DNA from: Chara braunii
Lineage: Eukaryota > Plantae > Charophyceae
Assembly: GCA_003427395.1 (NCBI GenBank)
Contig: BFEA01000020.1
Coordinates: forward strand, 5,553,154-5,617,153
Direction of reading: 5' to 3'
DNA: 64,000 nt
Shown here: positions 52,644 to 64,000 of the stretch, in pieces
How the letters are laid out: every line of letters begins with the position of its first letter
How positions within the stretch are numbered: position 1 is the first letter of the stretch
Position numbers and translations under genes: made by a program
The notes under the pieces: model-generated
The model's input: the letters and a program-made list of their open reading frames with translations, nothing else
Database searches by the model: none
Told to the model about the DNA's origin: nothing

Positions 52644-52971
52644 TCCCCCCCCCCCCTTCAGGCATGGCCGAGACATCTTGGCCGTGGTCCCACCACACAA
52701 CCAGATGCTTTTTTTTTTTTTTCCCTCGGGTGTGGGCGAGACATCTTGCCCGTGGCCCCGCCATGCGACGGGGAGGGGGGGGGGGGGGGGGGGGGGGGGA
52801 ACGGAAAAAAAAGTTTGAAAAACGGAAAAAAAAGGGGCCACATGCCTGACTGAACTGGTAAAAAAGGTCAGCCCGAGTTTTAACTGAATTTGAAACTCGG
52901 GCCCTAACTAAACTGCTAAAACGCAGTTTGAAATGCAATTACAAACAGTAACCCTGCGCTATAGTTTTCTC
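52420..52971. mobile_element. Mutator-like foldback MITE with ~140 bp TIRs
   Basis: GTTTGTAATTGCATTTCAAACTGCGTTTTAGCAGTTTAG...CAGTCAGGCACGTGGCCC mirrored at 52835-52950; sits in poly(T). Confidence 0.8.
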
Positions 52972-53049
52972 TTTTTTTTTTTTGCCTCTTCAGGCCTATC
53001 TAGGCCGCCAATGCTAGCGGCACTACCTCATATGACATAATTTGATATA

Positions 53050-55203
53050 GGGGCTCGTTAGACACTCCTTGGGGTGTCCTCGGGGCCGAAGAAAGTTTCC
53101 TTGGGGTTTTTGAAGGAAATTCTCGCCGTCGTTCCACCTATCCTTGGGGTGGTCTCCCAAGGATGATTCCTTTCGGCCACCGGCGGCCATTTTCATAATA
53201 TTATAGTCAGCCGCGGGGGGGCAATCCCTTGGTCCATTGGGTGATGTCCGTCTTGCTACGGTGTGGTCCAGCTGCCGAAGGCGGGGAATTTTGAAAGGTG
53301 CTGGCGACCGAAAAACAAAACCTTTAAAAAGCAACGGACCTCCCTGTTCGAAAATCAAATTTCAAATTGGATGTTGGACGTCATGACGACGACACGGGGC
53401 AGGCGGCATCCATATCTGCGACGGTGGAAACGGGCATTTGCAGCCGCATAGTGGAGTCCTCGTACGTCGTCACGAATTTGTGAGCGCCCCGTGAAGGTCC
53501 ATCGCCATTGCCTTTGCATGCCGCCGCGCCCATGTGTTGAGTCGAGCCCACACGGGGAACGTCGTCTGGGACTTGGCGCTGACGTTACTGTGGTCAGGGC
53601 AAGTTGGTAGGCTGTTGTATTCTCGTGGTTCATGAGCATTGCAACACATGTGCCGATGGAGGGCGGCAGCGATGACGGACGTGCTAAGTTGACGACGATC
53701 GAGAAGACGGCCGTGGTGGCGGCCGTGACAGCTGTGCTCTTTCGTTGTCAGCAGGAGAGGGCATTGGGAAGAATGAGAGCGCGGATCCGCGCGGAGAGGA
53801 GGAAGACACTTCATCAAGTCCTAGTCGAAGGGCTGGATACCGTGGCCATCACCGGGGCTGCAGTTCAGGTTTGCTACACCATGGGTTGCAGTGTTCTTCC
53901 ACGAGCGACGCCGAGGTGGTGGATGAAAAGGAGGATGGGAGGGGCGTGGGAGGATCTCAGGCAATGCGATGATGCGACGGAGGAGTACATCTGGGAGAAG
54001 TTGCGTATGTCGCCCCATGTCTTTTGGGTGATGGCGATTGCATCCAGTGTGGACGAACACCCCCAGGATACGCTGCCGATGTCGATGTCGACTGCAGTCA
54101 GTGTCGATCCCTCGGCTTCTCTGCTGGAGGCCTTCGATAGAAGTCGACCATTAACAATAGAGGAAGCACACGTGGAATAGGAGAACCACAACGAGCAACA
54201 TTGTGACTAGGAGCAGCAGTGGCAACCTTCAATAGAGGTCAGCCATAAACAACACATACGACAGGGCCATAATTCTACAACGACGACGAAGGTCCACCGA
54301 ACGGTGACGATGAAGGGAGCAGACGGTAGAGGACAGCATACGACACACGCACTCTAATGGGTCGTACGCTCGTGCACTGTGAGCTGGGTCGTGGCCTGTG
54401 TGGTGGCTTCTGGAGTGGTCCACTGAAGACCTTCTCTTCGCCAGTCGCCCGTCCATGCTGACGTCCTTCCTCGCATACCGCCTCTTACGTGTACGTCCAG
54501 GCACTCTGCCGAGGATGCAGACGTGGAAGAAGACGACAAGGACAAGCAAAAGGATAACCAGGAACAGCAACGGCGGCCTTCAAAAGACGTCGGTCATGAA
54601 AGGCAAGACTTAGTGGGGAAGGGAAGTAGATAGACGACGACGGTACACCTCCAACAAACGGCAACGAAGAGGGTTGCAAACGACAGACCGCAGCATGGGA
54701 CAAACGCCTTGTAACGTTTTTCGTCGTGGAATACAATGGGCAATCGGAGCAAGGGGGGTCGGCTGAAGTATTCAAATTTATCGACCGTTCGACCCCTTTT
54801 CGTTTGGCGGCACGCTCTGAAAGGGAGAACACTGGCCGACGACGTCCGGGGGGGGCCGGCCGGCCACCAACGGTTACTGTTGGCGTAAGGTTCCTGGAAG
54901 ACGAACGATGAAGACCCAAGATGTTTGTGCGCTGCCCGGTAGGAACTCCACTGGACCAGCCGATGAAAATTTCTTATCGACGAGGGGTGCCCTCACCACT
55001 CTGATCATCGTGGATCCTTGACCTCCAAGGCACGTCAGGAGGTCCCTTGGGGAATGCCACCAAATGGCTGTAGCCCGAGGACGCCCCGAGGATTCCCCGA
55101 GGAAATGTTTTCATTTTATTTTTATTTTTTTCATCCCCAAGGATGGGTGGAACAAAATTTTCCTCGGGGGATTTACGCACCCGAGGAGTGTCTAATGAGC
55201 CCC
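53050..55203 (+). mobile_element. Internally deleted PIF/Harbinger DNA transposon
   Basis: TIRs GGGGCTCGTTAGACACTCCT / AGGAGTGTCTAATGAGCCCC, TSD ATA; ORF 53632-54180 with RWWMKRR...W...EKLRMSP..F resembling a Harbinger transposase N-terminus. Confidence 0.85.
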
Positions 55204-55469
55204 ATAGACCCCAAAAAAAACTTTATCGAAGAAAACCCTTGCACTCATCAACTCAACTTGCACTTCCTATAGCACCTAGTAATTTCTCCAGCCACTCATG
55301 CTACCCTCTCTCCTATGAAACCCCCCTTTTCATGAACGTTACAACCATTTCCCAAAACAAACCCTTGAATATCATATTCTAGGTCCAATATTCCTAATCC
55401 CCCTAAGCTCTTGGGTTTTGTCATTTGGCTTCATGCCACCCTCTTTCTGCAATCAATCTCTTCATTGAT

Positions 55470-55647
55470 TTTTTTTATTTTTTTTTTTAATAAAACCCAG
55501 CCCTGGTTGCTAGTGATAATGATAAAAGCATCCACCACTAACAGCCTGGCCACCGGCTCCATTCTATTGGTGGGGAGTTGCACTTGCTGGAAACCGGGTC
55601 CAACGTCCCTCATACATATGTTGCTGGAAACCGGGTCCAACGTCCCT
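55470..55647 (-). mobile_element. GGGAC-core retroposon with tandem duplicated core
   Basis: TTGCTGGAAACCGGGTCCAACGTCCCTCATACA twice. Confidence 0.75.
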
Positions 55648-55829
55648 CATACAAATGTTACTGAACCATGGTTCAAGGAGAGGTGTGACGGAAGGAGAGC
55701 TGCCTCTTCAACCAAAATCTAGCCGCCAAATGACTATGCTAATGCTAACAGCGCAACCTCCTGTCCATCCCCGGATACCCATTCATCCCATCATGCTTAT
55801 TCTGACATCAAGTGTTTGCTGACAATTTG

Positions 55830-58800
55830 ACCCCCCGGACTTACAGATTGTAACAAACAAACTAAAGATAAAAAACAACTTGTTACCCCTCCCCCCCCCC
55901 TACCAATGAAAATCTAACAAAGCAAGCTCGGAAANNNNNNNNNNNNNNNNNNNNNNNNNNNNNNNCCCCCCGGACTTACAGATTGTAACAAACAAACTAA
56001 AGATAAAAAACAACTTGTTACCCCCCCCCCCCCCCCCATACCAATGAAGATAAACCAAAGCAAGCTCAAAAGGAGGAAAGGGATCCAGAAAGGATTTTGA
56101 AGATCTCAAGGTAGCTCCTGGCTGGACATCAAACCAGTTCTGGAAGGTGATCTGATAATCCCTCTTAAAGTTCATCTCTTCTTCTTCCCCACCTGGCCAA
56201 TCCACATTCCCCATTTTTCTTCTTGAAGAATCGCTCAGTCAGTCCTTTGTGAAAATTTATATTTGTTTCTTAATATCATGTTTTTGTTGTAGCTTTTGAA
56301 GCCCAGATTTAGTCTTATCTCATTGAGACCTTATTTCTGTTTCTATGAATTGTTGTACCAGCTCAGACATTTCTCTGCCCGCAATCCTTGTCTTTTCCAT
56401 CGTAAACACACACCTTCTATACCATAAAACCCATAAAATGATTTTTCTACCAATGTTAAATAGATTCTGTTGAAAAGTTGATAAGGAGACGAGGGCAGGG
56501 CACCAGTGACCCAGGAGGATCGCCCTCCAGTACCAAGGTCAATCTATGCCTATCAATTTACTCCATACATAATCCCAGCGCCTTCACAACAATTTTGCCC
56601 CCGGACATTGCAAAAATATGTGTTCAATTGTTTCCCTTATCTTCCTCCTCGGGAAGGCCTCCACACAAGCACAACACCACGGTAGGGCTATACCCTTTTG
56701 TTTCAACGTGGAATGGTCAATCAGCCAGTCATTGGATAATCTGTCACTGTAGTGATGCAAACTTAGCAGGCCTCTCCTTGAATCATTGGCACCACTTAGT
56801 CGGTCTGAGCAAATTCGTATAAATATTTAAATGTTGAGCCCATCATTCCTGTACAACAGCAAGAACATCTACTCGTGGGCGTAACAGGTGATCCGAAGCT
56901 TTATCTGATAAAGACTGTAATTTATTAGCTTTGCATCTCCTGTTGGTACGCCGGATCCACTTTGCAGGGTCAAGAGGGAGATCCGTTATAGGGATATTTG
57001 GAGCGTACACAGTCCATCCTTTGGAAACTGGACAATACAATGTCCTCACTCTATAGAGTGACTCAAAATGAAATAACACCACCTTATCGTAGTTGCTTTG
57101 TGAAAGGGAAAAGTACTTGTGGAGTGCAAAGAGATTTACTAGGGCACTATCCGTATGAATATCTAGTATTTGCCCAACTACCCTGGAACCCTCCGTCAGA
57201 TGAGAGCACACCCAATCTGCAACCAAAAAAGTAGGACCCCTTTTCAAGGCAGAGCCACCCAGGCCAACGGAATGGACGAAGTGATTAGATCAAGATTCTC
57301 TACTAAATTACGTATGTGCTTAACTTCCTTTCTTAACTGATTTACAAATTTTCGACTTTTGTTTTCCGTGTTCCAAAAATCCTTCATCCTTACCACGCCG
57401 TATTTAACCAAAGTGGACCACGGGGGGGTGAAACTTATGAACACCCTTCCTTGCGCATCAATGATCCACCTGTTGCCAAAAATTGGTTGTCGTAGAACTT
57501 CCTCATACTTGGAAAGGGGCGATTTGTTAGGCAAAGGAAGTTTACACCAAGTTTTCAATAGGGTAGCCCATAAACTGTCCAATACCATATCCTTTCTTAC
57601 TTCCCCCCCTTCCCCATTCTTTTGAGAGTGTGCTTGAGGTCGAGGAATAGTCCAATACATGTTATCTACCCAAGTGAGTGGGTTTACGTCTTTTGTGGTT
57701 TATGGAGTCATTCTACGTATTTGTTTCAGTGCCAATGTCATGGAAGATCCGTGACCAATATTAGTCGTTTTAACCATTGAAGTGCTAGTGCTTGACACTG
57801 GATCGTAGGATCTCAAATGCCGAGTCCTCTTTTGGACTTTGACTGTATAAGAAACCTGTCATGCCATTCTGGGATTACATGAGGTGTTTCGTGATCTCCT
57901 CAACAAAGAAAGGTCGTGAGCTGTCCTTGGAGTTCCTTGGCCGGGCCTTCGTTTAGTGACCACAAAGCAGACTTGTACCAAATTGAAGCCAATATTACAT
58001 TGTTAATGACCAATGTCCTACCAAACAGGGAAGTATGTTGGTTTTTTCATTGCTTCATTTTTTGTACTGCTGGGGAAGCGATCCATACATCATTAGAAAT
58101 TGGCTTCCCCCTTGCTGTGCGCACAACTTTCAAAACTCTAATTGGCGTCTCTAGTGGCATCCATTTGACCCTTGGATTCTCAGGAGGCCTATCCCCTTGA
58201 GAGTGAATCCACCAACCCTGTGTCTTACTCCCCCAATTGACCATCATACCTGAAAGAAGGGAGAATCTATCCATTAGTGTTTTTATCTTTTTCATATTAT
58301 CATTGGACGCCTCCATCATTATGGTTAGATCATCAGCAAACATAGAGCAATTGGTATAACTTCTTCCAAAATACCAGTAATCTGAAATCTTTTAAGGTTA
58401 TGATTAGATCGTAGGTTAACTCCTAATGCCTCCATAATAATAAAAAAAAGAAAATGGAGCTAAGGGATCCCCTTGCCTGACCGATCTTTGGAGGCAAATT
58501 TATGGGGAAAGTAGGCCATTAATTTGAACTCGGGTAGTGGCGTTAGAGTGAAGGATAGTAACCCACCTACGAATTGTTGGACCTAAATTCAACTTAGCTA
58601 AACATGCATCCAAAAACTTACAATCCACATGATCATAAAGTTTTTCAGAATCTATAAAACAAATGCAACATTCTGGTGATTCTGGCGAGACAACTTAATC
58701 ATCTCATTGATGAGCAATACGTTATCTTGTAGGTTCTTTTCATTAATGAACCCTGTTTGAGAGGGGTGAATGATGTCTGATATTATTGGAACGAGACGAT

Positions 58801-60500
58801 TCGCGATGACCTTGACCAACATTTTGTAAACGACGGTGAAGAGGGTGATAGGTCTATAATTCTTTACATTCGTTTTATCTCCCTTTTTGTATAACAAGGT
58901 TATAATCTTTTGCCCAACTATTTCCTCTATACTACCAATTTCCTGGACTTGTTTGTAGAATTTCATCGGATTCTTTACAAAATACGGTCACATTGCCTCT
59001 CAAAACTATTTAGGGAAGTCATCAAACCCCGGAGTTCTATCCTCATCCATTTGTAACAACACAGTCCAGATTTTCTCCTTCCTGATAGGTTCTTTCAATC
59101 TTTCCTTTTGTCGTTGCGATTGCTCTTGAGTCATGGGGGCCAAAAAATTCTGTAAGACCGGATCGATAGCCGATGCATCTACTTTTGAGATGAAAATATT
59201 TTTGAAAAAATACACCACTTTCAGACTGTTGGACGAAGTGATAGAATCCTGTTGTGGCGTCTGTTGAGGATCTATTAAGGCTTCAATCGTCGTTTTTTTA
59301 GTTATGGTACGTGCGAGAAGGAAAAAAAAATCTATTCATTTGTCCTTCTGTCGAATGCTTAAAGAGTTGTCTTTGATTAGGTCACCTTGCCAACGATGTT
59401 GAGCAAGGGTTAGTAGTTGGTTCTTGAGTGCTAGGATATCGACTGGTTGGGGTAATTGTTCAGGAAAATCTTGTTGCTCATATTTGAGAATTTGTTCTTG
59501 AATATTCATTTCCTGCTGATAAATTTTTTTGGCAATTAGCTTTAGAGTATTCGTTGCACTTTTTTGCCAAATAAACTAGCCCATTGTTAAACCATGTTAT
59601 ATATGACTCGTATCTATCCTTGGTAGAGTGTCAGAAACTCCATACATCCTGAAGGTAACTTCTAAAGTCCCTTCGGTTGAAGAGGGAGGAGTTGAGCTTG
59701 TAGAAACCTCTAACCTGATCCGATCTTACGGAAGGAAAGTAAGACATCACACATTTTGTAATCTACCCCTGGTCACGGATTTTGGGGGAAAATGTTACCC
59801 CCCATTAAGGCACAGTCTAGATCTTCAGACATAAGAATCAAATTTATCCTCGATCTTGACTGGTGGGGGGAACCAACATTTCTAAAACATTTATATGATC
59901 TCTCATGTGGGTAAAGACGCCTATATGTGTCAAATATATTTCCAGATTCGAATAATTGTTGGATAATTTGTTCGTCCTCCTCTATATAGGAGGGACATGG
60001 AGAAGGGATTCTTCACCTATCCAACCATCTATCAGACACCACATTAAAGTCCCCTGCTATGATGATTGGAACACCACTCGAAACATGACTTCTAATATTT
60101 TGGAAAAATTCTCTACGCTCTTGTACTACATTAGGACCATAAATATTGAGAACACAAATTAGTTATAACTCTAGCATTACCAACGTAACCAGCCATCTGC
60201 TCTGTTCCTAATCGGCTTTACAGTACACAATTTCTATCTTGGAATCTGGTGGTACCCAGATGGCTACCCCTGCCGACATGTTGCTCGTGGAATAGGCGTG
60301 GTATTTCTGATAGTGTCAGGCTAGGTTGTGCGCCCTATTGTGCTTAGGAGAATCCATGAGATAGGTTTCTTGGATGCAGATCAAATCAGGTCAACACCTC
60401 TCACCCACTCCTTTTAATTGCTCCATAATGGCCTTACGTTTTACTGCGTCTGCTCTAGCAAGACCATTTACGTTGAGAGACCTTAAATCCAAGACCACTT
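55830..60500 (-). pseudogene. Near full-length decayed L1-clade ORF2
   Basis: APE start (SLNVNGL) near 60480; NYRPITLF, QTGFI, RQGDP, FADDLT, RQPIFGNRWI, terminal HWYG. Confidence 0.88.
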
Positions 60501-60599
60501 TCTGAGAAGCACGCAACCAAGCCGAATTTTTACCATAAAGAGCCTGTAGTGCATCCATCCCTACAATCCTCTATGTCCCTATTTCCTAAGCCGTATAGT

Positions 60600-62600
60600 C
60601 ACCTATAGTCGTACCCAGTTATCCCCCTCCAAACTAGAAGAGGATGTCAGTAACCCACAATGCAAGGTAGAGCAGAGAAAAGTTGAGATCTGCCCTATCG
60701 ACCATATCACATTAGCCTTTATTTTCAAAAGCAGGAGTTCCAACAGTGCTGCATGCGAGAAACATCTTAGACCCAATTCTTTATTATCCTCAAACCTCAC
60801 GAATGCATCACGTTTGGACATCTTAGCCTGGTCCTCGATTTTTGTGAGAGTGGCTTGAGGACCTGGATCAAAATGTTTGATCAAGAGATCATGCAGGTCC
60901 CTCTTAAAAGTTATGTCGTTAGAGTCTGATAATCCACGTATGTGGTCCAACCTTTTAATGTGACCCCCCCATACTGATCTTGGCCTATAGGGGAGAGGTC
61001 AATTTTTCATTTCCCGCCTTTTTTTTTCTGATCGGGATTACCAAATTTCCTCTAGAAGACTGCGGCCTAGCGGCTTGTCCTTTTCCAAAACATGTCTTAA
61101 CTTTTGCCGCTTACCTGGGTCTTGTGTCTTCTTTTCTTTCCTTTGTTGCTCCGGAGTAAGGGTCGTTAATGGAGTAACTGATGGATTATCTGCTCTAACC
61201 TCCTTGTTACCCTCGTTGACTTCTTCAGACTCCTTCGCCTTAATCCCCACCACTTGATCCTCATAGGAGGAGACCCTTGGTTCAAGCACCCCTACCTCTT
61301 CTACCTTTACCACCCCTCCCCCTTCGAGAGAAACTCCACATGACTCGAGGATAGTGATCTGATTGGGGCACCTTTCTCCTTCGGTGATTATGACCTCGTC
61401 AGTCCCTTTGTCATTGGGCAGCATGGAAGGACCCCCTACCTCCACCAGCGATGTGCATTCCTTGTCCCTAGTTTCCCCATCTCCTGGAGAGGAGGGAGGG
61501 TGAAACAAGGCCATCACAATGCTCATTATACGTATGCTTACCGTAGACCATAGAACACCCTCAAGAAGCCCCTGCCGTAAAACTTGTTTCAGACTGTGAC
61601 TGCTGGTTAATAGATTAACCAGTTGGACATATGAATTATCCAAAAATTCAACAGTGGCTTCCCCAAACCGCATTTTAAGATTTTTCAACACCCACTCAAC
61701 TAACTGTTTTATCCTTTGATCCTCAGAGATGTCTGGCTCAGGTTGGGAGGCTGCATCCTCCATTTCAAAATCTCCTGTGGAGGAGTTCACATCCATTGAA
61801 TCGGGACTGAAGGTCTTTTGGAGCGCATCAGAGGTTGTTGCTTTCGTTCCCTCCATTACTAAGTTTGGATCTTCCTCCTCAACTACTTTTGGTTCCCCCA
61901 TCAGGTCTCCTGTACTCTCATTCCCCCCAGTCATTCCTTGCGAAGACAGGAATGCATCAGATTGGACTTCTTCCATAAGGGAGTCCTTATCACCAGTGAG
62001 AACTAGTGAGAACAACCTCCTTGTGTGGACTGGTTAACTGTTTTATTATTTATTTTTTTTCTTTTTTTTCTAATTGAACCAGCCCCTCGACTGAACCCTC
62101 TTCTACCGTCCCCACCCATTCCTCATACTCTGAGTCAGAGTCTTCCCCTCTGGACTGTAGTGCGTTTACCCCCTTTTCTCCTAGCTGTAGGTAGTCTGTT
62201 GGTTGTGGACCCGGGAGTGTACCCACTTTTCTGTGGTTAACCAGTATCCACTGTTGATGACTCATTAACCCCTTGCCTTTATCCCTGGGTCCTAGAACTT
62301 CCTTATCTGGAGACAGAGAGGACTGTTCCTTCCCCTTTGCCTTAAAGTTATCTTGTGCTCCAGACGAGAAGGCCTATGTGCTATCATAGCGCGTGGGTTG
62401 TGCCGGGTGAGTTGATTGTGTTGACTGTGTTGACTGTGCAACCATCGTGGGTATTTTTACTGTTACTTCAAGGTGTACCCAAGAGTCGGGGGGGTTGATG
62501 TCCCAATTAGGATCCCCTTCACGCTCCCATGTCAAACCTTTAGGCCTTTCCCCCTTCTTGACACTCTCTACGTAGACCCATCCCTCATTCCCAACATCAA
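60600..62600 (-). pseudogene. ORF1-like region upstream of the 55830-60500 LINE
   Basis: Co-oriented 325-aa acidic ORF (61038-62015) and 115-aa ORF; assignment by position only. Confidence 0.5.
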
Positions 62601-62609
62601 ATGTACTCC

Positions 62610-64000
62610 ATACATGTTGGTTGGACGACCGCTATTGGAAAGTACCAAGAAGAGCACGGGGGGCAGAAACAATAGAGGGGACGAAGGATGATTTTTGGCC
62701 TCGAATAATAAAACTATGGAGAGCTTTACCCCTCCCGCAGCGCCCGACCCCCAAAAGATGGGAGGAAATAATGAGGCAACCTCTCTTTGGAAATTGTTGG
62801 ATTACCAACTCTCGAAGCCAAATTTTCTGCAGTTCGAACCCCCCGTGGAAAGGATGGGTAAAAAGGGGGGTAATGAGAGTAGGGGACCTCTGGGATGGGG
62901 AACGCAAGGATTGGAAAGACCCGGACCAAATGAAAGACAAATTGAGTTATTGTCGTAACATTGAGGAATCGCTGGGGGAGATTGTAGAGGCATTCCCTCT
63001 AGCCTGGCGACCCATCCTGCGTAGAGATCCAAAAATACAGGAAGGGGACTGGGTAACAAAGGATAGAGAACCTCACCGGGTGGGGCAAGTTCACCTTGAG
63101 CAGCCGACAGACGTGTGGGTGGAATGGTACAGGGTGGGGAGAAAGGGAGAACTAATGGGCAGTGGAGCGCCTTTCGAACGGATTGACAAAGCGACCCTTC
63201 ACAAGATCAGGACCCTGGGGGAAGGGGGCGAACGTAGAGCATACAGGCCGGACACTCCTATATCAAAACTCCCCCTGGACCCCGCGGAATGGCAATGGCA
63301 CCCCTCACAAAAGACAAATCAAATAAACAACAGACAGAAAACTGTTAATAACTTGTCAGTAAAAGCCACATATAAGATGCTACGTGTTAAAAGGAATGTG
63401 CGGGACGTAGTAATCGATAGGTGGTAGCGACACCTCAATGTGGACAGGCAGCTGCTATCCCCCATAAAATGGTTTCAGGACAGCAAGTGTAAACCGGCCA
63501 AAATCACGTCCCTTCAATGGCAAATTGCCCACCGCTGTCTTCCCACAAATAATTGGATAATCGACCATACTCAGTTGGAACAACAAGGACGGGCTCATCC
63601 ATGGTGTTCACGCTGCCTCCAAAGCTTCCCGTCCCAAAGGAGAATTGAAACAATAGAACATGTCTTCCTGCAATGCCCGACGGCAGTCTTAACATGGAGA
63701 TGGTGGGAGTGGGTGTGGAGGCAGATGGTTCCGGACCAACCATGGCCATGGGGCTGGAGAGCAATCCTCTTGGGCCATCATCCAGGCCTGCAGGACACAA
63801 ACTATGCAAGGAACATGTTTGCTCTGGCAAGGAGGACGGTGCTATGGGTTCTATGGTGGCAGCGCTGCGCAATGACAATGGAGGGAGTCAGANTNGAANG
63901 GGAGGAAAGGAAGGAACAGTTTAAAAACTGCTTCCAGCTTGAGATTATGCAGAGATGGCGGGAAACGAAACAGGTGCTGGACACACACCACAGGCCCAAA
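62610..64000 (+). pseudogene. 5'-truncated L1-clade ORF2 C-terminal region
   Basis: RQPLFGNCWI, VGDLWD, LPLDPAEWQW, LQWQIAHRCLP, ETIEHVFLQC. Confidence 0.85.

Noticed and set aside
62600-62640. Twin-priming 5' inversion of one LINE
   Set aside because: The plus-strand piece duplicates a region already present in the minus-strand element and is clearly divergent from it; separate insertion

Overview
Repeat-dense eukaryotic nuclear DNA, most likely from a streptophyte alga such as Chara (inferred from a plant-type U6 copy and the style of the Harbinger and L1 proteins). It comes from a draft short-read scaffold with N gaps and embedded Nextera mate-pair adapters. I see no intact host gene. The centrepiece is a three-level nest. 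A minus-strand L1-clade LINE (9.6-39.8 kb) is split by a TIR-bounded element (10222-29194, CTGG duplication). Inside that, between CA/CT microsatellites, lies a ~16-18 kb Penelope-like element (PLE). The PLE has ~1.6 kb direct repeats (pseudo-LTRs), a type I hammerhead ribozyme, a long accessory ORF, and a CxC-linker reverse transcriptase of Naiad/Chlamys type with no recognisable GIY-YIG endonuclease. The second notable system is a poly(A)-tailed short repeat with more than 20 copies, whose hairpins are conserved by compensatory base changes. One copy has captured a group II intron RT fragment. The window also holds several more decayed L1s, Harbinger, Mutator-like and Tc1/pogo-like MITEs, two tRNA-like SINE heads and a U6 retropseudogene.
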